From NCBI GenBank assembly GCA_951406725.2, contig OX597840.1, positions 14,694,001 through 14,758,000 on the forward strand: a stretch of DNA of 64,000 nucleotides. Direction: 5' to 3'. Below the pieces are notes generated by a model that did not search any database, was not told where the DNA came from, and saw only the letters and a program-made list of their open reading frames with translations. How positions within the stretch are numbered: the first letter of the stretch is position 1; the number at the start of each line of letters is the position of its first letter. The stretch is from Octopus vulgaris. Taxonomy: Eukaryota. A program made the position numbers and the translations under genes. Below, one piece after another: positions 1 to 14,868 of the stretch.

Positions 1-1172
1 AACCTAAATCATAATTTGAGTTATCTAGAAGCTGCCAACGACATTTTACACTCTTCTGAGATTTGATCCGTGTTTGTTTTGTATGTTTGTGCTTGTGTTG
101 TTGCCAAGTTGAATGGCCGAGAGGTGTGCTGTTTGTTTTAACAGATTCAGTCTTGCAGTACGCGTGGGATGTTTCACCTCATGTTTGTGTGTGTGTATGT
201 GAGTGTGTGTGTGTGTGTGTGTGTATGTTTATTTGTGTGTGTGTGTGTGCGTGTCTGCATAGGGTGTGTGAGGGGTAAAGAGCTCTTCTTGTTTTACTGT
301 AGCCAAGTGGTTTGCCCAAGAGCTGTTTTGTTCAGCAGATCCAATCCTGAAAACTTTAGAAAACAAACAATACAAAGAGAACTATAAATAAATAAATAAA
401 TGAGTAAATGAATAAAAAAATATTAAAAAAAATTAGAAGCCCCAATGAAGCAACCATCATGCACTCGTATTCCATAACATCAACTCCGCCTGAGATCTGG
501 GAATTTTCCATATGCCTCATGCCCTCCACGTGGTTTCCCTGTCCAGGTGCCAAAATCTGTGATGTGGATATGTTTGTGTTGTTGTTGTTGAGACATTTTA
601 GTCCAAATTTGTTTCTATTAATTTGTTGTTGTTGTTTGTATTTGTGTAGGTGCCACAAGATCAATCATTACCTAGCAAATGTCTGATCAAAACACATTCC
701 AGTTGTGACCATCTCTTCTGCCAAGGATTACAATATCACATGCTGTCCTTTTTTTTTTTAAGGAGAATAGAATGTGATTTAAGAGTAATTTGGCAGATGT
801 TTCTAGCAGAGTGAGTCAGTGTTTGCATTAAAGAGACAGTTGGCTATTGTTGTTGTTGTTGTTGTCCTGCTCAGTCCTGATCCAGCAGGTCTTTGGATGA
901 AATCAGCACAAGCAGCCCCCCCCTCCTTTCCCCTTTTTCTCCACACAACCACACATACCACAAGAACCAATCTATTGGAAGAAACAACATGGTTCTTGGC
1001 CGTTCAACTTGGCAACAACACAAACATAACCACAGTACAAGCCCTACTACAACACAAAACAAACAAACATTCTACATACAAAGAAACCCTGATTCCTCAC
1101 CACCACCACCACCACCACCATCAACTGCTAGATGTCTTGGCAGCTTCTAGAAAATTCAAATTATGATATAGA
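1..1172. repeat. Diverged inverted duplication (arms ~1-170 and ~945-1172), with a third partial copy at ~296-350
   Basis: tgtgttgttgccaagttgaatggccgagagg (94-124) matches the reverse complement of cttggccgttcaacttggcaacaacaca (~995-1022); ctaaatcataatttgagttatctagaagctgccaa (4-38) matches the reverse complement of ttggcagcttctagaaaattcaaattatgatatag (1137-1171). Confidence 0.75.
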
Positions 1173-2184
1173 TTTTTTTTAATTCTGTAGCGTGTTTTTT
1201 TTCTGTTCATAATGTCTTTTAAATAATGTCTTTTATTTTCATTTTGTAGTCATATATTTTTATATAAGCTCCAGCCAGAACACCTCATCTGTTTTCCATA
1301 ATAAAATAATGTTTTCTGGTCTGTAAAGAAGAAGCAACCGTGTTTTGGGGATAGGGATTTCTCTATGTTATTCACATGAAAATTCCAGGAGACACAACCA
1401 CAAATCATAAAGACTAGCAGTTCTTGGGACTTTGGTGGTTTAATTGTATGTAGTCTATAAATAAGCTGTACAATTTCCTAGATTCATACTATTTATATAA
1501 ATGTGTAATATGCACTTTTTATTATAACAAAACATGTGATTTCCACCATGTTGATTTTACAGCCAGTATAATTTTACATCCTACACTAGTAATGTTCAGA
1601 GGCCAGTTTAGAATTTGTTATTGGTTTGTTTTAGAAACTTGATATTTTTTCAGTATATTTTATACAGCAATTATAATAAATCAGGCTAGATATTTTCTTT
1701 CTAAACATCATAACTCTAATGATAATTCAGTATGTATTATACATGAAAGTCATGTCCCCTTTCATTTCCACTGACCAATGGTTACAGAAATCTTATGATG
1801 TTTCTTCCTTCTTGTGAATAAAATAGATGCTCACTGAAAATTAAATATGATAATTGATTAGTGCATTATTATTTTAAGTAATTAATCTTTTGTACACTCA
1901 TTAATTTATTGTGCACATTAATTTCTTTTGTGCATTGACTGCAAAATATTGGATTCATGCATCCATGCACACAGCTTAGAGATAATGGGACACAAGAGAG
2001 TTTTGTCAAGGATTTCATGGTCCATAATTATGGACACACTCTGCATGAATGTATTTGATATTGTGGATGTATATTATATGTGTGTATTATAAGGGTGTAT
2101 ATTATATAGGAACATGTATTTACACATGAATATATATTATAAGGGGACATTATGTATGTATTTAATATGTGAATGTGCATGGCT

Positions 2185-2483
2185 TACAATTGTGAAGTTG
2201 CGAGTTCAATTCTCAAACCAGGTTGTCTGTTGTGTTCTTGAGCAAGACACTTCATTTCACATTGCTCCAGTTTACTCAGCTGTAGAAATTACTTGTGATG
2301 TCACAGGTGCCAAGCTGTATCGGCCTTTGCCTTTCCCTTGGACACAACATCAATGGTGTGGAGAGGGAGGTTGGTATGCATGGATAACTGCTGGCCTTCC
2401 ACAAACAACCTTGCCCAAATTTGTACTTGAGAGGGGCACTTTCTTGGTGCAATCTCATGGTCATTCATAACCAAAGGGGGTCT
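2185..2483 (+). mobile_element. tRNA-derived SINE, family C (gtgttcttgagcaagacactt core), degraded
   Basis: B-box-like gagttcaattc then tgtgttcttgagcaagacacttcatttcacattgctccagt; homologous inverted copy at 23215-23538. Confidence 0.65.
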
Positions 2484-2642
2484 TAGATTATATGTGAATG
2501 AGTGTATATAATTTATTTTCTTTACTCATGTATATGCATATATATATATATATATATATGGCCACAGCTCGTGAGCTGAAACTAGATAAAATAAAATAAA
2601 ATTTTAAAAATAAAAAATATATATATATTAGATAAAAACCAA

Positions 2643-2877
2643 CTTTTATCAATTCAATAATGAAAAATTAAATTATACCATTTAGAAAAATTACATATTA
2701 TAGAAAGATTAAATATAAGATAAACTATATAACAATGATTACCAAATATATGTTTTATTTACTATTTTGCACATTACTTAATCATTGTTATATGTTTTAT
2801 CTTATATTTAATCTTTCTATAATATGTAATTTTTCTAAATGGTATAATTTAATTTTTCATTATTGAATTGATAAAAG
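2643..2877. repeat. AT-rich fold-back palindrome between (TA)n tracts (arms ~98 bp, spacer ~38 nt)
   Basis: 2643-2741 is the near-perfect reverse complement of 2779-2877 (about 2 mismatches). Confidence 0.9.
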
Positions 2878-2981
2878 GTGTTATTTTTTTTCTAATTTAC
2901 ATATATATATATTATATTTTGTGAAATTTGATTTAGCATTTCTAAGTTGGATTTTTCCCTGTAAGTTTGGAATAATATTCC

Positions 2982-3049
<68 letters not shown>

Positions 3050-3561
3050 TACACACACATATATACACACCAGAGACCATGAAGTAATTGTTGATAATAA
3101 TCTAAGCTGGAGTTCCCACAAGATGTACTCCTGGATTATAAGAACTTTCTGGTCTAGACATGCTCATACCATCATCCTTCTCTACTCTACATTTGCCCGA
3201 CTCCCACCTTAAATACTTCATTATTTATCTCGATCAAGCAATTTACTAATGCAAATCACTCAACATGTAGACTGAATTATATATAAAGTTACAAGGTTTA
3301 TTAAGTTCTTTCAGAGTTGCCTCTCTTAGGTACATCTCATTGACAAGGGTCAACAAACTTGAAATGTTGATGAATGAGATTTTTAACAGATGGCAACACT
3401 GAATGAACTGGTGTTTTCACACCATTTTACCATAAGAGAGATTTTTTTCTCCATGGTAACTGCAGTTTATTTGCCTTTAGCAGCTGAAATATATGACAAC
3501 TAACCAAAATTGTGCTCATATATACATATACACACACACATACACACACATATATATATAT

Positions 3562-4104
3562 CATCATCATCATCATCATCGTTTAACGTCCGCTTTCCAT
3601 GCTAGCATGGGTTGGACGGTTCAACTGGGGTCTGGGAAGCCCGAAGGCTGCACCAGGCCAGTCAGATGTGGCAGTGTTTCTACAGCTGGATGCCCTTCCT
3701 AACGCCAACCACTCCTAGAGTGTAGTGGGTGATTTTATGTGTCACCGACACAGGTGCCAGACGAGGCTGGCAGACGGCCACGCTCGGATGGTGTTTTCTT
3801 ATGTGTCACCGACACAGGTGCCAGACGAGGCTGGCGGACGGCCACGCTTGGATGGTGTTTGTTACGTGCCCTCTGCACGGAGGCCAGTCATTGCGGTACT
3901 GGCTACGGTCACGTTCGGATGGTTTTCTTATGTGCCACCGGCACTGGTACCACAAGGATACAAATTCCATTGATGTTCATCTATTTTGATTTGGTTCGAT
4001 TTGATTCGATACGATTCGATTCTCACTTGCCTCAACAGGTCTTCACAAGTGTCACAAGAAGGAAGGTATGCACAGGTGGACTGACTACGTCCCAGGTAGG
4101 GGCC

Positions 4105-4108
<4 letters not shown>
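3562..4108 (-). mobile_element. 5'-truncated RTE-type LINE 3' end with internal ~65-bp tandem repeats and (ATG)n tail
   Basis: (cat)n-cgtttaacgtccgctttccatgctagcatgggttggacgg is the same 3' terminus that continues into RT-coding sequence at 40792-42960; tandem units ttatgtgtcaccgacacaggtgccagacgaggctggc at ~3735 and ~3799. Confidence 0.8.
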
Positions 4109-4156
<48 letters not shown>

Positions 4157-4177
4157 GCATACACATATATATTAGAT

Positions 4178-4605
4178 GGTGGGAGATAAACACAGACACA
4201 CAAACATATATATGCGACAGGCTTCTTTCAGTTTCCACCTACCAAATCTATTCACAAGGCTTTGGTTGGTCTGAGGCTATAATAGAAGACACTTGCCCAA
4301 GATGCCGTGCAGTGGGATTCAACCTGGAACAAAAGTGGCTGGGAAGCATGCTCCTTATTTCTTTACTACCCACAAGGGGCTAAACATAGAGGGGAGAAAC
4401 AAGGACAGACAAAGGGATTAAGTTGATTATATTGACCCCAGTGCATAACTGGTACTTAATTTATCGACCCTGAATGGATAAATGGCAAAGTCGACCTTGG
4501 TGGAATTTGAACTCAGAACGTAACAGCAGACGAAATACTGCTAAGCATTTCACCCAGCGTGCTAACATTTCTGCCAGCTTCTTACCACACAGCTATGCCT
4601 GCGCC
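4178..4605 (-). mobile_element. Family A SINE with a nested family B SINE (~4356-4577)
   Basis: Family A sequence (gcttctttcagtttcc...gacacttgcccaag...cttaccacacagc) is split by a family B unit on the same strand. Confidence 0.85.
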
Positions 4606-5288
4606 TGTACATGAGCATGTATCCTATATTTGGGTGTACATTATAGATGAGTGTGCACATTATTAAACACAAAAACAGATTGGGACATTTGAAAGTTAAA
4701 TGATTGATCAAGGGTGCTGTCCTTAACAGATGATAAATGAATTAAGAACAACTGAGATGTATGGGATCCTTCAACAGAGTGTGAACAAGTTTAGGCAGAC
4801 TGGGATTTCTTTTATCCTTTTATTTGTTTCAGTCATTAGACCGTGCCCATGCTGGAGAGCATGGTCCCTATGGCTGGGTGCCCTTCTTAACACCAACCAC
4901 TTTACAGAGTGTACTGGATGCTTTTACACAGCCTAACAGGGGTGCATTTACAAGGTACTCACAGGAATGCGTTTTACATATGAAACTCTAAATACTGGCC
5001 ATCACCTTTGGAAAATAAGCGATTGACCAGCAACTTTGGCTGATGTCCTTGACAGATGTTTCTCTAGCTGATCGTTTTGACTTAATAATCTGTCAAGTCA
5101 TCCACCCGTCCATCTGTTTGCTCGGCAGATTTGATAAGGAAGGTGAGTTAAAATACCTGATGAGGAAATTTTGTTAACGTGACTGAGAATAAAATTCCAT
5201 TACAGTAACAGTTCCACTAACACAATCAAGAAACAATGAAATATTTGTGAAGAATTTGCTGAAAGAGGAAGTAAAAGAATGTGTCTAT

Positions 5289-5326
<38 letters not shown>

Positions 5327-5354
5327 TGTGTGTGTGTGTGAGGGAGGGGAAGAG

Positions 5355-5394
<40 letters not shown>

Positions 5395-5417
5395 ACAACA
5401 AATCAATTTCTGTAATC

Positions 5418-5822
<405 letters not shown>

Positions 5823-8099
5823 AGCAGTAAAATAAATTGCTTTTACTTATGTTTGTACCATCCTTTCAGCAAAATTGACATAAACACATATACATGCACA
5901 TATAAATATGCATATACACAAATTTGTCCTAAAAGACGCATCTGTATATATATGCTTATCTTAATGTGTTTATTTAATCATATATAATATATACATACAC
6001 ATATGCATATGAATGTATATTCATATAACATACATATATATCTATCTATATATATATATTCATAAATATATTCCCATATATATATATACACACACACATA
6101 TATATATATACATCTATTCATGTATATTTTCCTGTATGGGTGTGTGTGTGTACATATATATATATATATGTATGTATGTATATATATGTATATATATACT
6201 CTCAATGCGATAATTGGTTCATTGGTAAATTTACTTCCCTCTAGAACCTTCGTCCCATCCTTTCCCTCTTCATCTCGTCTTCCTTACTCTCTCTCCTTCT
6301 TCTTCAAATCTCAGAATGCTTGTGGCAAATTCTTCTGACAGAATTAACTTCTATTTCCTGCCTCCTTAGACTTTCCTCACCAACTTCTTCTGGCTTGTAT
6401 TGTTATTTCTCATAGTTGTTGTTGTTGTTACTACTATTATTATTATTATAATCATCATCATCATCATTATTATTGTTGTTGTTGGCTTTCCCAAGTTGTC
6501 TCCTCTCAATGTCCTCATCACTTTCTTCACTCACCAATCAGCTACAGACTTCGCCAGTTTGTCATCAATACCAATAATACCATTTCCATCACCACAGCCA
6601 CTGCAATCAACATCATCCTTATCATCATCATCATCATTATCATCATCATTGCTTTTGTCATCAGTCATTATCATCTTCATCATCATTATCATTGTCAGTT
6701 GCCATCTTCAACAGGATCAGACATCATCATCACCACTACAACTATCCCCACAATAATAATAACCATCATCATCATCACCATCATCGTCATCGTCCACTTC
6801 ATGCTGCAGTATTTATGGCATCACTCAAAGAAACATCAGTGTTTCTTTTTTACTCTCATCCCCCCCCACTGCTATCTCTGCCTCCCCCCAGCTCTCTCCT
6901 TTCATCTGTCTTTCCCCAACCCCTGTCTCTCTCAGACACAAAATGCACTCCTTAACATTCAAACATATGAAATATTTCACCTGTAGAACTTTACTTATTT
7001 TAGAATACTTTAGTAAAGAGACACATTCCATGTGTTGCGGTGGAGTGTGTGTGTGCATGCGTGCACATGCATGTAAGGTTGATACTTACGACCTGTCAGA
7101 GAGTGACCATTAGTTTCATACCTAAAAAGTGCTTAGCTGTATAGGCAACTCACTGAGGTTGACTTTGCCTTTCATCCTTTTGGGGTCGATAAATTAAGTA
7201 CCAAATTGTTCCCTCCCAAAAAATTTTGGGCTTTGTGCCTAAAGTAGAAAACAATATTTTATCACAATTATTTACAACAAAAGAATCTACCAGTAACTCT
7301 TATTAAGTTCTGGGTATTGACTTCTCAAAATAATATATATTCCTGCAAGAGATATCTACACTGTTGCAAATAGTCTTCACACAGTATGCTTGGCTGGAGG
7401 GATAAGTTTGTTTAGGCTGTGTATAGGTGGAGGATGTTTGCTCTGAGGGAAAGATTTTCATAATTCTATATCCCACTAAAAATAAAAGAAAGAAAATTGC
7501 ATCCCTCGCCCCACAAATATTTTCCCAGGCTGCACCGGTGAGGCATATGCCCTACATTGGGAATCACTGGTTTAAATAATGAATTTAAAACTGAGTTAGA
7601 GAACAGCCTAAAATATTTCATCGACCAAATCTATGTCTTCCACTCTGTCTACAATTCTGGAACATTGTTTTATATTTTGCAACAAACAATGTGACCAACA
7701 TCATTTGCAGACATTAAGAATAAAGGTGTGCAGTGGAAGGGATAAGGGTTGGTTCCTGGCTGAGGGCTTAAATGGTTGGTTGGCAGCTGGCAGAAGGAAA
7801 GAGACACAAAATATTGTTTAAGAATTAAATTATTGGATAATAACGTTTAGGGCCGTAAAAATTAAAATGTAAACATAATAAAACATTCTTTATGTAAATG
7901 CCAAAAATATATTACACACACACACATGCACATACGGAAATGCAAACCTAAGCATACACATGAATATATATATATGTATGCATACATATACACACACACA
8001 CACATATATATATAGACATATGTGTATCACTTCTGTGTGAGTGTGTATATATACATAGATTTACACATACATACACATTTCTATATGTGTCTATATACA

Positions 8100-8930
<831 letters not shown>

Positions 8931-9227
8931 ACATATACTTGTGAGCGTGTGTGTGCATACACTCCAAGTACGACCATATTGACTACATATATATATGACT
9001 GTATGCAAAGAATAAGACACACAACAAAGTAAAAAGAAAGAAAGAAAGAAAGAGAGAGAGGAAGAGGTGAAGGAGTGAGGGAGGTGGTGGGGTGTACTTT
9101 GTGTGAGAGAATGTACAGGATATAATGTAGAGAGTATAAGGCAATAAAAGGTAGAGGTGTGTGTATACATACATGCATACATATATATGTGTGTGTATGT
9201 GTATACACATGTGCATACATACATATC

Positions 9228-9260
<33 letters not shown>

Positions 9261-9267
9261 ATATATA

Positions 9268-9309
<42 letters not shown>

Positions 9310-11890
9310 TATATATACTCACAACCCTCACAAAGAGTAGACGTTAATAGCTGACATTGATGAGTGAACTAGAAACTAATAAAACATCACAGTGTCAGTC
9401 TGTGAATAGCAATTACACACACACACACACATACATGCACACACACACACACACACACACATAAATATACATACAATCATACATAGCCATTTGTATATAG
9501 TCACACACACACGTGCACTGAAACACTACACACATATAAATATGTGTGCGTGTATGAACATGTATGTATATATATATATATATATACATACATACACACA
9601 CGTGCGCACAGAAACACCTCTCATATATAAACATATGTATATATGTGTGTGTGTGTGTATATATATATATACACATGCACAAACATGTATGGAAATATAC
9701 ATACATACAATTATATATAGTCATTTGCATATAGTCACACACACATGCACTGAAACACTACGTACATGTATATATACACACACATGCATACTCACACACA
9801 AATCCAAATATATCTGTATGTAGTCATAATTCTAAATAAATATGCATGTAAACACTATCGATCAAATTATAGTTTATAAATAAATGCCACTCAATGTATA
9901 TATATGTGTGTATATGAATATATGCACACACACACATATATATGTATATATATATACAATGGGATTCCATGTATCAAATCTACTCACAAGGCTTTAGTTA
10001 GCTTGATGCTATAAAAGAAGACTCTTGCCCAAGGTGCCACACAGAGGGACTGAACCTGGAACCATGTGGTTGGTAAGCAAGCTTCTTACCACATTACCAC
10101 GCCTGCACCTATTATTTAAACATTCCATATTTATTTTCAGAGGTGTATCATTTTGTTTTAGTGAAGGTGGAGGGTGGGTCTCAATGAAGTATATTTACAG
10201 ACAAGTAACAGAAGCTGCGTGGGTGGCCCTTCTCCTAACCTTACTTGATCATGAGGATAACATTGCTTTGTACATGAATCAAAGGTGAAACTAATGTAAA
10301 AATAGTATTCTATACAGATTCTAGAAAGAAAAAAAACACTATTGGGGCAATGGTGTTGATGGTGGCGATCATGATGGTAATTATGATGATGATGATGATG
10401 AGCAGAGATCAAGCTCATCATAACTTAATAGATGTATTTGCAAATGATAATGATGATGTAATTAATAATAATGATGATAATAATAAGAATCTTTCATCTC
10501 TAAAGATGAAGTTTAATCATGTGTAAATTCATCATCTCATTGTTTATGTTCAGTCGTTTATTGTTGTGAGGGTTGAATTGAGCTTTCATCCATCGTTGTG
10601 GAGGTCAATAAGATTTGATTCTTCCGTGAAGAACTAGGAGTCAATTCAATTGCCTCGACCATTTCCTCGGCACAGTTCTTGGTCTGATGCCAACAATGTT
10701 TGAAATCACTATTATTTCTTACACACAAACTCAAATAAACCAATTTCAATCTACCAAATGTTACACTGAAATTCTAGATTAGTCTATCGTCTCCTTCTCA
10801 TTGCTGTCTTGAAGTTCCTGCCTCCCTACCACTGCCCTTCACACCCTAACTCCGATGTCTTTCACACCGCCACTCTCTTCTTCTGCTGGTTTTCATGGAT
10901 TCTTCATTCCAAGGTATTTCTGTCACCATGTGGTGGGTGGGAAGATCATCATCAATACCGGCTGGGGATTGTCTGTGATGGCGCCAATCAGTTTTGTCTT
11001 GTCAAAGAAGAGCAGGTTTCCATTTTCTCATTGTTTTAAACTTAATTCTCCTGATTGCTAGAAATCAACTTAAGCTCTTCTTTGCCTAATTCATCATTTT
11101 CTTTCTCTCATTTTCCCAGCTTGGTTTTCTTTCATCCTGCCTCTCTGTCTGTCTGTCTCTCAACACACATATGTCTGTGTATGTGTGTGTATATGTGTGA
11201 GAGAGAAAGAGAGAGAGTTTCTTCCTCTCTTTCTCTTTTATGCTTACTCCCTGTGCAGAACACTTTCTTTCTCTCTCTCTCTCTCTCCCCCTACCTCTGT
11301 TTCTCTCTCTTTCATAGTAAATACCCGATTGAGTCCTCCCATATATAAATACACACACACACACTCATACACGCACATGTATATACATACACACCACACA
11401 CACACTCCTACTTCTCTCACATCCCATACACACACTCCATCCTAGTATAGAATATTTAACGCAAGAATGGAAATTTCCATTGAACAGCTCCATTTTTTTC
11501 CAAGGGGGTACTTTAATCACATTTTTTTCCCCGTCTTCAAGTTTAGAATTTCATCAGTTTTGATAAAACCGGGAGGATTTTTATTAACTTAAATCAAACA
11601 ATGATAAAAATAATTAAAATTATCAATTTAAAAATAAAAAAAAAAAAACTGATTGAAATTTAAAACTAAAATTGAAATTTGAACTTAAATTGAAATATGA
11701 ACAAAAAATAACCTGTAGTTTGAAAATATGAACCCAAAATGTTAGTGGCCGTGTGGTAAGTAACTGGATTACCAACCACATGGTTCCAGGTTCAGTCCCA
11801 CTGCATAGTACCTTGGGCAAGTGGCTTCTACTGTAGCCTCAGGCTGACCAAAGCCTTGTGAGTGGATTTATATATATATATACATGTATG

Positions 11891-11927
<37 letters not shown>

Positions 11928-11930
11928 ATG

Positions 11931-11976
<46 letters not shown>

Positions 11977-12105
11977 GTATGTATATATATATATGTATAT
12001 ATGTATGTATATATATATATATGTGTATATATATATATATATATGTTGATATATACATATATATATATATATATATATGTATGTATATATATATATGTAT
12101 ATATG

Positions 12106-12137
<32 letters not shown>

Positions 12138-12239
12138 TGTATATATGTATATGTATATATATATGTATATATATATATGTATATATGTATGTATGTATAT
12201 ATATATATGTATATATATATATGTATATATGTATGTATG

Positions 12240-12270
<31 letters not shown>

Positions 12271-12274
12271 GATG

Positions 12275-12440
12275 ATGGCATTAGGAAGGGCATCCAGTGT
12301 TGGCGTTAGGAAGGGCATCCAGCCGTAGAAACACTGCCAGATCTGACTGGGCCTGATGAAGCCTTCCAGCTTCACAGACCCCAGTTGAACCGTCCAACCC
12401 ATGCTAGCATGGAGAACAGACGCTAAATGATGATGATGAT
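12275..12440 (+). mobile_element. RTE-type LINE 3' tail fragment
   Basis: ggcgttaggaagggcatccagccgtagaaac...aaccgtccaacccatgctagcatgg...(atg)n; further copies at ~20728-20830, ~25900-26015, ~37985-38260, ~51950-52215 and ~56640-56710. Confidence 0.8.
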
Positions 12441-12485
12441 ATATATATATTTATATATATGATGATATATATATATTTATATATG

Positions 12486-12539
<54 letters not shown>

Positions 12540-12688
12540 GTGAAATAGAAAGATGAATAATCTTGTTGCAGATTAATCAAAAGTTTAACCGATACCTTGG
12601 TAGCAAAAATCTCAGCAGAAGACAGCACGGTTGGAGGTACAACCATATGGTGTTGCAACCGTGCGTTGGTGCGGATAATTGAATGTTA

Positions 12689-13096
12689 ATATTATTAGTG
12701 AATTGAAGAAATGGAGTTGAACGAAGATTGAACAGAAATCGTTTTATTGCATTCTACACGTGTTTCGAAAGCCACAATTTACCAAATTCCGATTGAATAA
12801 GGAGACCATATTGTGTTTTTCTCTTTAGGAAGAAATAGGAATTCCGTTGGCAAAAACAGAAACAGAACAGAGGCGCAGCAAAACAAATCGAACGAGGCTC
12901 CTAAGAGCCCATGGCTGCGCCTCTGTTCTGTTTTTGTTTTTGCCAACGGAATTCCTATTTCTTCCTGAAGAGAAAGACACAATATGGTCTCCTTATTCAA
13001 TCGGAATTTGGTAAATTGTGGCTTTCGAAACACGTGTAGAATGCAATAAAACGATTTCTGTTCATTCTTCGTTCAACTCCATTTCTTCAATTCACT

Positions 13097-13104
<8 letters not shown>
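12689..13104. mobile_element. Fold-back element (191-bp arms, 34-nt loop), probable inverted Penelope-like pseudo-LTR pair
   Basis: 12689-12879 is the reverse complement of 12914-13104 with 4 mismatches; each arm carries a hammerhead motif followed by AATAAA; the right end abuts (TA)n. Confidence 0.85.
12962..13041 (+). ncRNA. Type I hammerhead ribozyme motif (PLE-type, palindromic stem III)
   Basis: Stem I TTC; core CTGAAGA 12965-12971; stem II GAAAG-a-CACAAT...ATTGTG-g-CTTTC; GAAA 13027-13030; C-ACGT-G stem III within ACACGTGT; GTA cleavage triplet ending 13038; stem I' GAA; AATAAA at 13045. Confidence 0.8.
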
Positions 13105-13136
<32 letters not shown>

Positions 13137-13189
13137 ATTATATATATATGTATATATATATATATATATATATGATGATTATTTATATA

Positions 13190-13236
<47 letters not shown>

Positions 13237-13394
13237 ATATATATGTATGTATGTATGTATATATATGTATGTATGTATATATATATGTATGTATGTATAT
13301 ATATATATGTATGTATATATATATATGTATGTATATATATATATATGTATGTATATATATATATATGTATGTATATATATATATGTATGTATGT

Positions 13395-13428
<34 letters not shown>

Positions 13429-13753
13429 GTATATATATATGTATGTATATATATATATGTATGTATGTATATATATATATGTATGTATGTATATATATAT
13501 ATGTATGTATGTATATATATGTATGTATGTATATATATATATGTATGTATATATATATATGTATGTATATATATATATGTATATATATATATGTATGTAT
13601 GTATATATATATATATGTATGTATGTATGTATATATATATATGTATGTATATATATATATGTATGTATGTATGTATATATATATGTACGTATATATATAT
13701 ATGTATGTATGTATATATATATATATATGTATGTATATATATATATATGTATG

Positions 13754-13784
<31 letters not shown>

Positions 13785-13975
13785 GTATATATATATATAT
13801 ATGTATGTATATATATATATATATATGTATGTATATATATATATGTATGTATGTATTTATATATATGTATGTATGTATGCATGTATATATATGTATGCAT
13901 GTATATATATGTATGTATGCATATATATGTATGTATGTATATATATATGTATATATATATATGTATATATATATA
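13101..13975. repeat. (TA)n/(TATG)n microsatellite
   Basis: Simple repeat of ~870 bp. Confidence 0.97.
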
Positions 13976-14370
13976 GGCGCAGGAGTGGCTGTGTGGTAAG
14001 TAGCTTGTTTACCAACCACATGGTTCTGGGTTCAGTCTCACTGCGTGGCACCTTGGGCAAGTGTCTTCTACTATAGCCTCAGGCTGACCAAAGCCTTGTG
14101 AGTGGATTTGGTAGACGGAATCTGAAAGAAGCCCGTCGTATATATGTGTATATATATATGTGTGTGTGTGTGTGTCTGTGTTTGTCCCTCTAGCATTGCT
14201 TGACCACCGATGCTGGCATGTTTATGTCCCCGTTACTTAGTGGTTCGGCAAAAGAGACCGATAGAGTAAGTACTGGGCTTACAAAAGAATAAGTCCTGGG
14301 GTCAAGTTGCTCGATTAAAGGCGGTGCTCCAGCATGGCCGCAGTCAAATGACTGAAACAAGTAAAAGAGG
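13976..14370 (+). mobile_element. Full-length family A tRNA-derived SINE (CORE-like; resembles octopus OR-type SINEs)
   Basis: A-box-like gtggctgtgtggtaag, B-box-like gggttcagtc, CORE-like gtggcaccttgggcaagtgtctt, internal (TA/TG)n, tail ctccagcatggccgcagtcaaatgactgaaacaagtaaaagag. Other + copies: ~11745, 14689, 20861, 21966, 26423, 37156, 50595. Other - copies: ~9960, 22925, 28050, 37745, 38262, 43190, 52667, 53195, 61667. Confidence 0.9.
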
Positions 14371-14399
14371 GTATATATATATATATAATAAATACAGCT

Positions 14400-14640
14400 T
14401 TTTTGAGCCTAGCCAGGCTCATGGGCCTGGTTTCCCGGTTTCTATGGGGTATGTATTCCCCGGCTGGATGGTATGCCAGTCCATCGTAGCATTACTCATT
14501 TTTGCTTGCTGAGTGGGCTGGACCAACGTTAAATGAAGTGTTTTGTTCAAGATCACAATGCATGACCTAGTCCAGGAATCAAAACCACAATGTTACGATC
14601 ATGATGCTGGCACCCTAACCACTAAGCCACGAGCCTCCAC
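14400..14640 (-). mobile_element. tRNA-derived SINE, family D
   Basis: Homologous to 17848-18092 (gctgagtggactggagcaacgtgaaatgaagtgttttgctcaagaacac...ctaaccactaagccacg). Confidence 0.75.
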
Positions 14641-14674
<34 letters not shown>

Positions 14675-14868
14675 ATATATATATATATAGGCACAAGAGT
14701 GGCTGTGTGGTAAGTAGCTGGCTTACCTACAGCATGGTTCTGGGTTCAGTCCCACTATGTGGTAGCTTGTGCAAGTGTCTTCTACTATAGCTTTGGACCG
14801 ACCAAAGCCTTGTGAGTGGATTTGGTAGATGGAAACGGAAAGAAGCCCATCGTATGCATATATATATA

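Noticed and set aside
480-556. Minus-strand segment translating DFGTWTGKPRGGHEAYGKFPDLRRS* as a kinase DFG exon
   Set aside because: Acceptor lacks a pyrimidine tract, there is no APE motif, and a stop follows immediately
5157-5180. CTGATGA followed by GAAA as a hammerhead
   Set aside because: Only one base separates the motifs, so no stem II can form
10558-11060. Unique, GC-richer block as a coding exon
   Set aside because: Only short frames interrupted by stops and no recognisable domain; may be UTR or non-coding exon
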